Shown in pieces: positions 13,268-26,173 of a DNA stretch of 64,000 bases (its first letter is position 1; each line of letters starts with the position of its first letter). Below the pieces are notes generated by a model. That model had not been told where the DNA came from and searched no databases. It saw nothing but the letters and a program-made list of their open reading frames with translations. The position numbers and the translations under genes are program-made. The DNA is from Heptranchias perlo (taxonomy: Eukaryota): contig NC_090365.1 of the NCBI RefSeq assembly GCF_035084215.1, positions 2,418,001-2,482,000 on the forward strand. The letters are read 5' to 3'.

Positions 13268-13680
13268 TCAGGCTTGTTTTCCCTGGAAAATGGAAGGTTA
13301 GGGGGTGATTTGATTAAGGTTTTTAGGATTTGGAAAGGAATTGATAGGGTAGATAGAGAGAAACTTTTTCCACTGGTGGGAGAGTCTAGGACAAGGGGAC
13401 ATAACCTTAAAATCAGAGCCAGGCCATTCAGGAGAGAAGTTAGGAAACACTTCTTCACACAAAGGGTGGTAGAAGTGTGGAACTCTCTCCCACAAAAAGC
13501 AGTAGATGCTAACTCAATTAATAATTATATGTCTGAGATCGATAGATTTTTGTGAGCCAAAGGTATTATGGGACATGGAGCCAAGACGGGTAAATGGAGT
13601 TAGGATACAGATCAGCCATCTCATTGAATGGGGAATAGGCTCGAGGGGCTGAATGGCCTACTCCTGGTCCTATGTTCCAT
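13268..13680 (+). mobile_element. CR1 3' fragment
   Basis: GLFSLENGRLGGDLIKVF...FFTQRVVEVWNSLP. Confidence 0.85.
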
Positions 13681-14249
13681 AGTCTGTGCTGAGTTAGCTG
13701 ATCACAGTCAATCGGAGACGTTACACTATGCTTGAGGGCCAAGGAGGCATAAAATCAGCCAGGGTTCCTGCTTATGATAACCACCCAGTGACACCCACTG
13801 GAACTTATATAGGTGTGAGCTTTGGACGAATGCAAGAGCAGGTTGTGACGCTTCCCATGGTTGCATAGCCCACTGATAATCACTGTCTAGGTTTGTATGT
13901 AAAGACTCTAGGGTCATTGAAGAGGTGATTAGTTGCTGGGATTGGTGGGGTGGGGTACTATGGAAGGAAAGGCTAGATGGTCCCCGTTAGCTGTACTCCT
14001 CTTTATGAATGGCCACTTGGGTGAGGCACGAGGGAACATTCAATGAACAATAACCCAGAGAGAGTGAGTGCCTTCAGGAGAGGGGAGGACAGGAGTGGGT
14101 GGGAGAGAGGGGACAAAATTAGTGGAAAAAGGAAACCATTAAAAAAATAATAGAATGAATGTGGAAATACTATCTGTGAAAAATGCACAGCAACGCCCAT
14201 GATCGTTCCTTCAGCCTCACTGTTTCATAATCGCATCTCCCTCAAGGAA

Positions 14250-14763
14250 TTTGATATAGCCAATATCACCTACTTAATTTGAAGAAAAGAATTCCGGGAA
14301 AAGGGGCAGACCTGAGTGCCATAAATCACACTGGCTGGCTTTACTTGTTTTTTTTCTTTTCTAGATACAGAAATGAATTGATGAACTTTGTGTGGAAGGG
14401 GTTACACAGAAGAGGAGTGATCATAGGTCAGTGCCGAATTGGGGATTTCCAAAGGAAATCGTTTTTAGTTTATTTGGAAAGGGGCCAATTAAGAAAGAAT
14501 TACACAACTCAGGGGTACTTTCCACAGCAAGAAATCAGCAATGCAGAGACCTAGCTGAGCAGAAAGTGAGATAGAACCTTCCTGAGCACATCCATTTAAT
14601 CCAAGCTTGTGCTTTTGCCATTCTGCTGTCAGCTGTGCACGAGGAGTATGTGAGGGATTCGAGACTGGGTGATGCATTGATCTGGGTCACAAAGGGGTCG
14701 TTTTTTGGTTATTAGCCTGACTCTGCAGACCAATCTGGTTATGGTTCAGCAACTTTCCGTAAG
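14250..14763 (+). promoter_or_regulatory. Candidate promoter and non-coding first exon of the TRAF gene
   Basis: Repeat-free block with kB site GGGGATTTCC (14441-14450), kB-like GGGGTACTTTCC (~14512) and a strong donor AAG|GTGAGT at 14763. Coding exon 1 is preceded by an acceptor, so an upstream exon is expected. Confidence 0.45.
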
Positions 14764-15109
14764 GTGAGTGTGTTGCCTTTTCCCTGGGCTCATTTTCAAC
14801 ATTGCTGAAGTTAGCAAATGGTGAAATCTTTTTTTTTTGTAAGTGACGGTAAAGTGTGGACTACACGCCCGAAGAATCGGGCAGGGCTGGGGCTTATCGT
14901 TTTGTAGTGAGATAGAGAAGGCATTTTTTTTTTCATATGTAATGTATTGATGTATGTTATTAATACATCGTTACTATATCGTGACTCTCACTGGAGTTCA
15001 GGTGAGAACTGCTGTTGATTTTGCAGCCTGCTGTTAATTTGCCGGTTGGTGAACTTTAGTGGCTGTGAGACTAGAGATTGCAGCTGCTGATATTATCTGA
15101 AAAGATATA

Positions 15110-15571
15110 AAGAACTTGCATTTATATAGCACTTTTCACAACCTCAGGACAATCCCAAAGTGCTTCACAACCAATTGAGTACTTTTTTGAGGTGTAGTCA
15201 CTGTTGTTATGTAGGAAACGTGGCAGCCAATTTACACACAGCAAGATCCCACAATCAGCAGATAACTGGATAATCTGTTTTTTGTTAGTGACGTTGGTTG
15301 AGGGATAAATGTTGGCCAGGACACCAGGGAGAACTCCCCATCTGTTCTTTGAGATAGTGGCTGTGGGATCTTTTATGCCCACCTGAGAGGACCAGACAGG
15401 GCCTCGGTTTAACGTCTGATCTGAAAGACGGCATCTCCAGCAGTGCAGCACTCCCTCATTACTGCATTGGAGTGTTGGCCTGGATTATGGGCTCAAGTCC
15501 CTGGAGTGAGACTTGAACCTACGACCTTCTGACTCCAAGGCGAGAGTGTGGCCCACTGAGCCACGGCTGAC
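15110..15571 (-). mobile_element. Deu-type tRNA SINE, full length
   Basis: Reverse complement of the 6786 family, including A/B boxes. Confidence 0.8.
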
Positions 15572-15902
15572 ATTAAGTGTGTAATGGATGTACACTTGAA
15601 CACATTCTGATGGCATTCCAATATCCACTATTTGAATGGAGGCTTTAAAATAGCAACGTAATGCGCTCAAAGTGTGTTAAGTGTCTGTGGTTTGTTGTAT
15701 CCCCTCTTTACCTGTGTGTGGTGTTGCCCTTCTCCATCTTAAGGGACCGAGTGTGTACCCATTTGTGCCAATAACCTTTTTGAGTTTAATTTTTTAAAAA
15801 TTCATGGATAACTATCAGGGCTGTGCTCGTCCAATAGCTCACTTGGTAGGTGCATTGCCTACTGTATAGTTAGCCACACCAATCAGGAGAGTCCCAGCTT
15901 CA

Positions 15903-16525
15903 GGGAAAGGCCCGGATGAAATGTATCCCAGGCTGTCAAAAGAAGCAAGGGAGGAAATAGCGGAGGCTCTGACCATCATTTTCCGATCCTCCTTGGCTAC
16001 AGGCGCGGTGCCAGAGGATTGGAGGACTGCTAACGTAGTACCGTTGTTTGAAAAGGATAGACCGAGTAATTATAGACCAGTCAGTCTAACCTCAGTGTTG
16101 GGGAGGTTGGATAGACTAGGGTTGTTTTCTTTGGAACAGGGGAGGCTGAGGCGAGATTTAATTGAGGTGTATAAAATTATGAGGGGCCTAGATAGAGCGG
16201 ACAGGAAGGACCTATTTCCCTTAGCAGAGAGGTGAATAACCAGGGAGCATAGATTTAAAATAATTGGTAGAGGGATTAGAGGGGAGCTGAGGAAAATATT
16301 TTTCACCCAGAGGGCGGTGGGGTCTGGAACTCACTGCCTGAGAGGGTGGGAGAGGCAGAAACCCTCATCACATTTAAAAAGTACTTGGATATGCACCTGA
16401 AGTGCTGCAACCTACAGGGCTACAGACCAAGTGCTGGAAAGTGGGATTAGGCTGGATAGCTGTATTTCGGCCGGCACGGACATGATGGGCCGAATGGCCT
16501 CCTTCTGTGCCGTAAATTTTCTATG
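15903..16525 (+). mobile_element. CR1 fragment with internal deletion
   Basis: EDWRTANVVPLF...NYRPVSLTSV fused directly to LGLFSLEQ.RLR.DLIEVYK. Confidence 0.85.
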
Positions 16526-17029
16526 TTTCAGTTCTGGGTCTATCAGCTGATCTCAGGCAGTAGGAGAATCACAGTTGGACTCAGTGCTCTGGGGCTAGAG
16601 GTAGTATGTCAGGCTCAGCATTGGTGCCCCCTATAAAGACCATTTATAAATGTTGCCTTGGATATTTCTTATCAGTTTGCGAACGTGATTTAGAGATGTT
16701 CCCTTAACCAATCGGTCCTTGGCAAGTGTGTCGATTAGGCTCTGATCCACACTGTATTAGATGGAGCCTGTAAGCAGAGATTGTGCTGCTGTACATAAAA
16801 TTGCTTTAAACTTTGATAAAGGTACAGTGAACCTTAACCTTTCTACACCAGCTACGGTCAAGTAGACTGCCTGTCTAAGCTTGCGCATGGAAAATGGCCA
16901 TTTGGGAGAGGGACTGGAGAGGCCAGTCAGTACCGCGGGAGCAATAATCCAGCATGAGTTCGCACCTTCAGGGGGGAAGGAGAGAAACTGGGGAAAAGCA
17001 AGTCATTTGGTTCATTGGCTGGCTGTTGG

Positions 17030-17272
17030 GGGGTTGCCAATCCTCCAGGATTGTCTCCAGGAGTTCAAGATTAATCTCCTGGACACGACTGCGAGCAGCA
17101 CCCGGGAGAAAAATCATAGGAGCATTAAAAAAAAATTGTTTTTTTCATTTTCTTTGAACACTTTTGTTTATTCGGGGGAGGAGGAAGAGTGTTTGACCAG
17201 GCGAGGCGATTGGAGGCAGACGGATATGTAATGAAATTTCCAGGAATACGTCCGACCAGAGCTGGCAACTCT
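17030..17272. mobile_element. hAT-type MITE (same family as 30709)
   Basis: gggttgccaatcctccaggattg...gagctggcaac. Confidence 0.65.
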
Positions 17273-17811
17273 GCTGGCTGTCGAGTTCGAAAGGGTTTGT
17301 TGTGGAATGCTGTCTCCAGTTATCTTGCCGATCACCAGCATCGCAATTACCACGTGCCCAACTCTTACCGGCTTTACAGAGTCGATCACTGTAGAAAGTA
17401 GATTCCTTTCAGAAAATAACATTTTGTGACACAGTACGTGAGTAATTTGAGAATTGACGTGTGAAGTACAATGTTCGGGAGGAACAGGCGACTTTGGACC
17501 TGTGGTTCCCAAATCTCTCCACCACTGGGGCTTTCCCCCGCCTCATGTCTGGGTCTGTCGGAGACTTATTGATAGAGATTGATCATATGATTGGTCAACA
17601 ACTCCGTTGTCGTTGTATCATGGAACTACCTTGATGGTACAAGGCGAACTAGATAGACCTTGATCTTTATTCATCCAGCAATTCCTATGTGTGTTTTTGA
17701 TGATCAGACACCAGCTGGACTGAGATTCTGAAATGAATTGACCAACCCCTCTCTGACTGCAGGCCCTGAGAGTTCACGTCTGCTATAGCAGTTAAATCAT
17801 GAAAAAAGAAA

Positions 17812-18057
17812 CATTGGCCAGGACCCCTGCCCTTCTTCAAATAGTGCTGTGGGATCTTTTATATCCACCTGAGAGGGCAGACGGGGCCTCTGTTTAAAGT
17901 CTCATTTGAAAGGCAGCACCTCCTGACAGTGCAGCACTCCCTCAGTACTGCACTGGGAGTGTCAGCCTGGCTTTTGCACCCAAACCTCTGGAGTGGGACC
18001 TGAATCCACGACCTTCTGACTGCAAGGCGAGAGTGTGAGCTGAGCCACAGCTGACAC
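17812..18057 (-). mobile_element. Deu-type tRNA SINE, 5' half
   Basis: Same family. Confidence 0.75.
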
Positions 18058-18469
18058 CTACAGTGAAGGTAATACTCTGACTGTCGGGCTCTCACGCTGT
18101 CGCCATGTGCTCCTGCGGGATTATTTGTTTCTCATCCCTGTTTCCACCCCCCCTCCCCCACAAAATGTCTTTGAAGCTTTTCATTGTAATTTCCAATTGG
18201 ATCTCTGACCACGATCTCCTGTCAATGAGTCCAATCTGGAAGATTAGACATTAATACATTTGCTGTATGGTTGGAGTCGGTGCCCAGAGGTTTCACTTTG
18301 CATCGATACTAAAGTTTTGTAAACCTGGGGTCTGACCTGACTCCCTGATGGAGGAAAATATTCGGCAGCAACCTCTCTGGCGTAGGGCTAGTGCAGCCCA
18401 GAATAACTATCTGACCCTTCCTTGGATCCTTTTCATAGAATTGGGAGAGCCCAGACCGTGAAAGGTTTA

Positions 18470-19728
18470 AGAGATCCACCAATATCTATTATAAGCCCAC
18501 CGACTCCCTTGATTACATTTCCTCCCACCCTGCTTCCTGTAAGGACACTATTCCCTTCTCCTAGTTTCTCCGTCTCCGTCATATCTGCTCTGATGATACC
18601 ACCTTCCGCACCACTGCTTCCAATGTCTTCCTTTTTCCTCAACCGAGGATTCCCCTCCACTGTAGTTGACAGGGCCTTCGACCATGTCCGTCCTATTCCC
18701 CACACTTATGCCCTCACCCCCTCCCTTCCCTTCCCCCCCCAAAATCATGATAGGGTCCCCCTTGTCCTCACCTTCCACCCCGCCAGCCTCCACATTCAAC
18801 GCATCATCCTCCGCCATTTCCACCACCTCCGGCGTGATCCCACCACCAAACTCATCTTCCCCTCCCCTCCCTTTTCAGCATTCCGAAGGGACTGCTCCCT
18901 CCGCAACACCCTGGTCCACTCTTCCAACGCCCGGTCTCCTCCCCACAGGACCTTCCCGTGCGAGCGCAGGAGATGCAACAGCTGCCCCTTCACCTCCTCC
19001 CTTCCCACCGTCCAGGGCCCCAAACACTCCTTCCAGGTGAAACAGCGGGTTACTTGTACTCCTTCCAATTTACTATACTGTATTCGCTGCTCACAATGCG
19101 GTCTCCTCTACATTGGGGAGACCAAACGCAGACTGGGTGATCGCTTTGCTGAACGTCTCTGCTCAGTCCACAAGCGTGACCCTGACCTGCCGGTCGTTTG
19201 CCATTTTAATTGACCTCTCTGACCTCGGCCTCTTACACTGTTCCAATGAAACTCAACGGAAGCTCGAGGAACAGCACCTCATCTTTCGATGAGTCACTTT
19301 ACAACCTTCCGGACTCACCACTGATTTCAATAACTTCAGATCATAACCTCTGCTTCCATTTTTTCAGTCAGCTAGTGCTGGTAATGGTTCTGCTGCTGCC
19401 ATTTACAGCTCCTCTAGACCCATCTCTTGTTTCTTTACCTGTCCCATTACCACCCTCCTTGTCTTGCACCATCATCCCTTTTGTCATTTAATCACTCCTG
19501 TCCTGCATCCTATCACAGATCTTCCCTTTTGTTCTTCCCTCCCCTCCCTTTCTTCCATTCCCCTTCCCCCCCCCCTTTCCCTGGCTCTGTACTTGCTTAA
19601 AAACTGTTATCTCTTTACCATCTTCCAGATCTGATGAAAGGTCTTCGACCTGAAACATTAACTCTGTTTCTTTCTCCACAGATGCTGCCTCACTTGCTGA
19701 GCTTCTCCAGCATTTTCTGTTTTTATTT
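18470..19728 (+). mobile_element. Penelope-like retroelement 3' part (RT C-terminus plus GIY-YIG endonuclease)
   Basis: ORF 18422-19213: FFLNRGFPSTVVD...VPLVLTFHP...CTPSNLLYCIRCSQCGLLYIGETKRRLGDRF (GIY-YIG); degenerate. Confidence 0.88.
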
Positions 19729-19839
19729 AAGAGGTTCAGTTTCCTCTTGTAGCTCACTGGTTAATGCATGCATGTTGTGCATTATTTTAACAAGTGTATG
19801 ACGCTGTCATTGGAGCTGTACCCCAATAAGATCCAGGAG

Positions 19840-20440
19840 AGGAGGGGAGGGGAGAGAGTCTACACCTTCAGGAGTTGGGGGAGAGAGTCAGCACCTTCAG
19901 GGGTGGAAGAGAGTCGGCGTCTTCAGTGGGGGGAGGGGAGAGAGAGTCAGCACCTTCAGGGTGGGGGAGAGAGTCGGCGTCCTCAGTGTGGGGGGGGAGG
20001 AAGAGAGTCAGCACCTTTGGGGGGGAGGGGAGAGAGTCGGCACCTTCAGGAGGGGAGGGGAGAGAGTCGGCACCTTCAGGGGGGAGGGGAGAGAGTCAGC
20101 ACCTTCAGGGGGGAGGGGAGAGAGTCGGCACCTTCAGGGGGGAGGGGAGAGAGTCGGCACCTTCAGGGGGGAGGGGAGAGAGTCGGCACCTTCAGGGGGG
20201 AGGGGAGAGAGTCAGCACCTTCAGGGGGGAGGGGAGAGAGTCGGCACCTTCAGGGGGGAGGGGAGAGAGTCAGCACCTTCAGGGGGGAGGGGAGAGAGTC
20301 GGCACCTTCAGGGGGGAGGGGAGAGAGTTGGCACCTTCAGGGGGAGGGGAGAGAGTCGGCACCTTCAGGGGGGAGGGGAGAGAGTCGGCACCTTCAGGAG
20401 GGGAGGGGAGAGAGTCGGCACCTTCGGGGGTGGGGGGGAA
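19840..20440. repeat. 29-bp G-rich minisatellite (ggggagagagtcggcaccttcagggggga)
   Basis: ~20 copies. Confidence 0.95.
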
Positions 20441-20582
20441 GAGTCCGTATGTAAACTGGGAGAACATGATTCTGCACTGGGTGCCTGAAATGGAAAAGTG
20501 CTGTAATAATCGGGGGCTCACCTTATCTATACCATTTAATATTTCATAAACTGTGATGAGGTCCCCCCACCCCTCGCCTTGG

Positions 20583-20965
20583 AGACAGAAGGTCGTGGGT
20601 TCAAGTCCCACTCCCCCTTACTTGAACACATAATCTAGGCCGACACTCCCAGTGCCTGTACTGAGGGAGTGCTGCATTGTTGGAGGTGCCGTCTTTCAGA
20701 CAAGACGTTAAACCGAGGCCCCGTCTGCCCTCTCGGGTAGATGTAAAAGATCCCATGGCCACTATTTTGGAGAAGAGCAGGGGAGTTCTCCCCGGTGTCC
20801 TGGCCAACATTCACTGCTGTTTGTGGGAGCTTGCTGTGCACAAATTGGTTGCCGCGTGTCCTACATTACAACAGTGACCGCACTTCAAAAAGTACTTCAT
20901 TGGCTGTAAAGCTCTTCGGGACGTCCTGAGGTTGTGAAAGGCGTTGTAGAAATGCAAGTCTTTCA
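20583..20965 (+). mobile_element. Deu-type tRNA SINE
   Basis: Same family. Confidence 0.8.
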
Positions 20966-21579
20966 TTCTTTGTTTCTTTATCATAGAATCATACAATATC
21001 GGCGGGTCCTTTTGTTTCCTTTCGAATACAGGCCTGAGAGTTTGAATTAACTTATAAGATCAAAGTCATTTGTTTCCTTGATCTAATTAATGGTGCTTTC
21101 TTGCATGTAAGAGATTGTGTTTGTCCCGGTGTGTTGACTTGTGTACGATTGGCACAAGATGGGTTACTGTTGGTGGGTGGGCAGGCTGACTGAAGATTTC
21201 CAAACATTACCCATCCCAGTCCCCCTGGGGAATCTGGTTTAATCCTCCACCGTGGAACTGGTCCAGTCTGTTTGGTGTCTGCTGTGAAACGGATGATGTC
21301 ACTGAGAAGCTGCTTTTATATATGAACGTAGGAAAGGCAGGCTGCCAATCGAGTGTTGCTAGTCGGACCCTGGCTTGACGCACCCACTGATCTATGTCCT
21401 GACCACCTAATCTGGGAATGGGCCCAAAAAAACTAGGGTGGGGGGTGGGAATAACCCACGGCGTTTTGGGGGAAAACGGGTCTTCCTGGCTCTCTGGTAA
21501 TTTTATTTTGGTGTTTCCGTCAGCTACACAACACCCACGTGTAGGGAACGAACAGTACCAGCGCAGTGTGCACATCTAG

Positions 21580-21862
21580 TGCCCGCTCAGGTGGATGTAA
21601 AAGATCCCATGGCACTATTTTGAAGAAGAGCAGGGGAGTTCTCCCCTTGTCCTGGCCAATAGTTACCCCCCAACCAACACCTAAAACAGATTATCTGATC
21701 ATTTATCACATTGCTGTTTGTGGGATCTTGCTGTGCACAATTTGGCTGCCCTTTTCCCCTACATTACAACAGTGGCTACACTTCAAAAAGCATTTAATTG
21801 GCTGTAAAACGCTTTTGGATGTCCTGAGGAGAAGAAAGGTGCTATATAAATGCAAGTCTTTC
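21580..21862 (+). mobile_element. Deu-type SINE, 3' half
   Basis: Same family. Confidence 0.75.
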
Positions 21863-22984
21863 GTTTGTCCTTTCTGGAGAGGCTGTCCGTAATTCTTGGC
21901 TCACAGATTTAACAGCACTGAAAAAGGCCATTCGGCCCGTTTTGCCTGTGCCGGCTCTCTGAAAGAGCAACTATCCACGTGGCCCCACTTCCCATATCCT
22001 TTTAAATTTTTCTTTTTCAAATATTTCTGCACTTCCCTTTTGAAAGTTATTAAGAACTCTGACCCCAGCACAGTCTCGGATGAGCGTTCTATGTCCTAAA
22101 CAACCCCCTGTGTGTAAAAAAAAATTCTCTCGGTTGGTTCTTTTGGAGTGAGCCTTTGGCTCATTGATTGGATTCCTGTCTCTTGAGTCAGAAGGTTCAG
22201 GGTTCAAACCCCGCGCCAGACAGTCCAGACGAGTGGAGACCGGCGTTCCGGGTTGATATCCAGCGGGATTGTTGTGTTCGGTAGGTGTGTGTGGCCACCC
22301 CCCCCCCCTCATCGTATGGGTCATGGGAACCCATAAAGCCCTCCAGCCATACAGGACTGACCCACCCCCCCCGCTATCGGCTGGAATAGAGATGGTTACG
22401 GTCATGGAAGGAGTGTTCACATCACGGCCTGTCAGACCGCTAATCAGCCTGTGAATCCTTCCACTGCTTCACATTCTTCTCCAGGGGAAGAGTGCAAACT
22501 TGTGAGAACAATAACAACCAGACTATTAATCAGCCCTCTTGTTACTAACTCAAAAGCTAAAATAAGCCTATCCGGGGTCATCAGTCAAACAGAAGGACAT
22601 CTCCTGGCAAAAGAATAGGATTTTTTTTCAAGTGTTTTTTTTTGGGGGGGGATTTTTATTTTAGCAATCATTACGCCACTTGAATTTAAATTTCTAACAT
22701 CTCAGTGTGTGGCCACAATTTGTCTCCCAGCAGTGACTCGATGTGACACTGATCAACCCAGCTCCGTCCATTTAAAGAAAACGGAATGCTTCTAATCCAT
22801 GGAGTTAGAATCCATTTGTGTACAGTGTGGAGACCTTTGCTTCAAAATAACTTGGGCCTGCAGCTAAGATGGGATCCCGACTGTCAATGTCCATTTTTTA
22901 AAATGGGCCGTGACAGCACGACTTAATCACTCAAACGGGTTCTGTTGGCGAAACTCATTTATTAAAGATGGCTCAGGCTATATT

Positions 22985-23260
22985 AAATTAGAGCCAGGCC
23001 GTTCAGGGGTGATGTCAGGAAGCACTTCTTCACACAAAGCGGGAGTGGAAATCTGGAACTCTCTCCCCCCAAAAATCTGTTGAGGCTGGGGGTCGATTGG
23101 AAATTTCAAAACGGAGATTGATAGATTTTTGTTGGGTGAGGGGATTAAGGGTTACAGAACCAAGACAGGTAAATGGAGTTAAGATACAGATCAGCTATGA
23201 TCTAATTGAATGGCGGAACAGGCTCGAGGGGCTGAATGGCCTTCTCCTGTTCCGATGTTC
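22985..23260 (+). mobile_element. CR1 3' fragment
   Basis: Same 3' UTR family (gatcagc.atgatctaattgaatggcggaacaggctcgagggg). Confidence 0.8.
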
Positions 23261-23549
23261 CTTTCCAGAAGGAGTGCTAGTGATGCTGATCCTTCTTTAG
23301 AATAGGTGCGATGCCCAACATGGTTAAATAGCCTGACAGCTCTCACTGTCTCCAGGAGGAATAGCTACTTGTGTGACGACTGGAGGGCCCCGACCCCCAG
23401 CAATTATGGGTACTGTACCCCAGTGAGTGCCAGCACCTTCAGGCCACTAAGATCAGTCAGGTCACGCTCGAAAAAAAAAATTTTGATAGTTTGTTCGAGG
23501 TTGCAAGTTGTTCAGTCTTTTGCCTTGTGGAATGGGTGCTGATTGTATA

Positions 23550-23621
23550 CGGTTTCTAATGTGCCAGGGTACGACACTGGCACATTAGGAACCGTGCCAG
23601 TGTCGTACCCTGGCACATTAG
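23550..23621. repeat. Compound palindrome
   Basis: Perfect 28-bp inverted repeat 23556-23583/23594-23621, overlapping a 17/18 inverted repeat 23550-23567/23577-23594. Confidence 0.9.
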
Positions 23622-23944
23622 GCCGGTGACTTCTCAACATGAGCCCATGTGCTCTGAAGTCGAGGACCACCAGTCTCACTCGCTGAGTCTTTAAATTCCC
23701 CACCTGAACTGCGGACATGAAATAACAAATCTGAAAATCACGGGACTCGAGGAGATTGCAGCTATTGGCAGCCCTTGTGGGACACTCCTTAGGGAAGGGA
23801 GCAAGTAAATTTAAAGAACACTGTTGCTCCAATATCTCAAGTCTCTCTCCTTAACGATAGTTTCCCACCTCTGGTAACATCCTGAGTGGAGGCCAGTTCC
23901 CAGTAAGCAGGTAGTTTGGTCCTTGGCATTCATCAACCCCATGA

Positions 23945-24280
23945 ACATGTGCATGCATGTTTGTTTGGTGTGTTTGTTTGGTGTGTTTCTGTGTGTGTGT
24001 GTGTGTGTGTATGTGTGTTTCTGTGTGTGCGTGTACTTGTTTGCGTGTGTGTGCGTGTACTTGTTTGCGTGTGTGTGCGTGTACTTGTTTGCGTGTGTGT
24101 GCGTGTACTTGTTTGCGTGTGTATCTGTGCATGTGCACGTGTTTCTGTGTGTGCGCATTTCTGTGTGTGTGTTTCTCAGCATGTGTGCATGTGTGAGTGA
24201 GTGCATGTGTTTCTGTGCGTGTGCGAGTGTGCGTGTTTCTGTGTGCGTGTTTCTCTGCGTGTGTGTGTGTGTGTGTGCAC
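23945..24280. repeat. Degenerate (GT)n tract with an internal 24-bp unit
   Basis: gtgtgtgcgtgtacttgtttgcgt repeated ~4 times. Confidence 0.9.
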
Positions 24281-25196
24281 GTGAGGAATCAGCAATGCAG
24301 AGATCCTTACTTGGGACTGGAAGCTGAAACCTCGGCTGTGAGTTCAGTGTGTCTCTTGCTGCCTCTGCCCTCCGCGGAGTAAAGGGATTTTCCAGATACG
24401 GTGTGAGTTTACCCTGACACATCACCTGCTAACTGCTGGGAACATTCTTATGTTGAAACTGCAAGTGGAAGTACTTTAGCATAAAACAAAAGCCCTTTTT
24501 TAGGCAAACCATTGCTCAGTAAGGTATCCTTTATTTTTTTTGCTGAGACGGATTGATAGCACTCAATCATGTCTCTCAGAAAGATTTCAAACAGCTTCAT
24601 GTACAATGAAATACTTAGAAATTTGGAACTCTCTCCCCCAAAAGGCTGTTGAGGCCGGAGGGCAATTAAAAATTTCAAAACTAAGATTGATAGATTTTTG
24701 TTGGGTAAGGGGGTATTAAGGGTTACGGAACCAAGGCGGGTAAATGGAGTTAAGATACAGATCAGCCGTGATCTAATTGAATGGCTGAACAGGCTCGAGG
24801 GGCTGAATGGCCTCCTCCTGTTCCTACGTTCAGTGACTGCTGTTATGTAAGCAAATGCAGCAGCCATTTTGCACACAGCTAGATCCTGCTCACAGCACAA
24901 GATGGCTGATCGGTTAACTTGTTTCTGAGTGTTGGTGGTGGCTGAGTGAGGATAGTTTGCCAGGATGCTAAGGAAAGTTCCACTCATCGTTTCTGAGGGG
25001 GTGGGCAGAGAGAGAGAGAGAGAGAGAGAGCGTAGACACTCATCCCCTCAGCCAGGACTGGCTTCAAACACAGGCCCCAGAGGAGAAATGTCACTGCTGA
25101 ATCCATAGCGATGCTCCACTAAAGAAGTTGGAACTGAGACAGCTGCTATTTTCCTGCCAATCGCAACAAATAGCATTCCTGTGGGAACTGCGCGAT

Positions 25197-25208
25197 GGGG
25201 AATTCCCC
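25197..25208. promoter_or_regulatory. Perfect palindromic NF-kB motif with nearby ETS motif
   Basis: GGGGAATTCCCC followed by AGGAAGTG about 12 nt downstream, ~1 kb upstream of coding exon 1. Confidence 0.35.
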
Positions 25209-25469
25209 CCCCCCAAGAAGGAAGTGTACTTAAAAAAAAACCCACAGCTGTAAACTTTGCACCATTCCTTTAACTGAGAGACACTTACTGGAGCAGTGCG
25301 GGGCAGGGGTGGGAGCCAGTGCAGGCTGGGAGACCATTAAGCCGTCATGTTTTAGCTTCAGAAATGCCACAAAATTGGTGTGACCGGAGTGGGAGATGGG
25401 GTTTGCTCAGCTTTTCCAAAACAGTATGTGAGTTGCCTCACTTCCTGTCCACATATTATGACACAAGGC

Positions 25470-25972
25470 ATAAAAAAAACAGGAGCAGGAGTAGGCCACA
25501 CTCGAGCCTGCTCCGCCATTCAATAAGATCATGGCTGATCTTCTACCTCAACTCCACTTTCCCGCCCTATCCCCATGTCCCTTGATTCCCTTAGTGTCCA
25601 AAAATCTTATCGATCTCAGTCTTGAATATACTCAACGACTGAGCATCCACAGCCCTCTGAGTAAAGAAATGTTTCCCCATCTCAGTCCTCAATGGCGGAC
25701 CCCTTACCTTGAGACCATGACCCTTAGCTCTAGACCCTCCAGCCAGGGGAAACGGCCTCTCGGCATCTCCCCTGTCAAGCACTCCAAGAATTTTATACGT
25801 TTCGACGAGATCACCTCTCATTCTTCTAAACTCCAGAGAGTATAGGCCCATTCTACTCAATCTCTCCTCACAGGACAACCCTCTCATCCCAGGAATCAAT
25901 CTAGTGAACCTTCGTTGCACCGCCTCTAAGGCAAGTCTATCCTTCCTTAGGTAAGGAGACCAAAACTGTACG
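25470..25972 (-). mobile_element. CR1 3' fragment
   Basis: QRRFTRLIPGMRGLS.EERL...GLYSLEFRRMRGDL. Confidence 0.85.
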
Positions 25973-26173
25973 CAGTTGCTGCCCTTGGCCCTACACCTGG
26001 GCTTCTCGTACAGAAGTATACAAGGGTAGAAGCCATGATCTTATTGAATGGCGGAACAGGCTCGAGTGACTGAATGGCCTCCTCCCGCTCCGGTGCCTTC
26101 CATTCCTTCAATATCGTGATGTTAACTTTTGTTTTCGTCTCTTTCTCTTCCTCAGAGTGGGTGGAAAGTGTTA

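Noticed and set aside
19768-20549. Three overlapping Gly/Arg-rich ORFs
   Set aside because: Artefact of the 29-bp minisatellite
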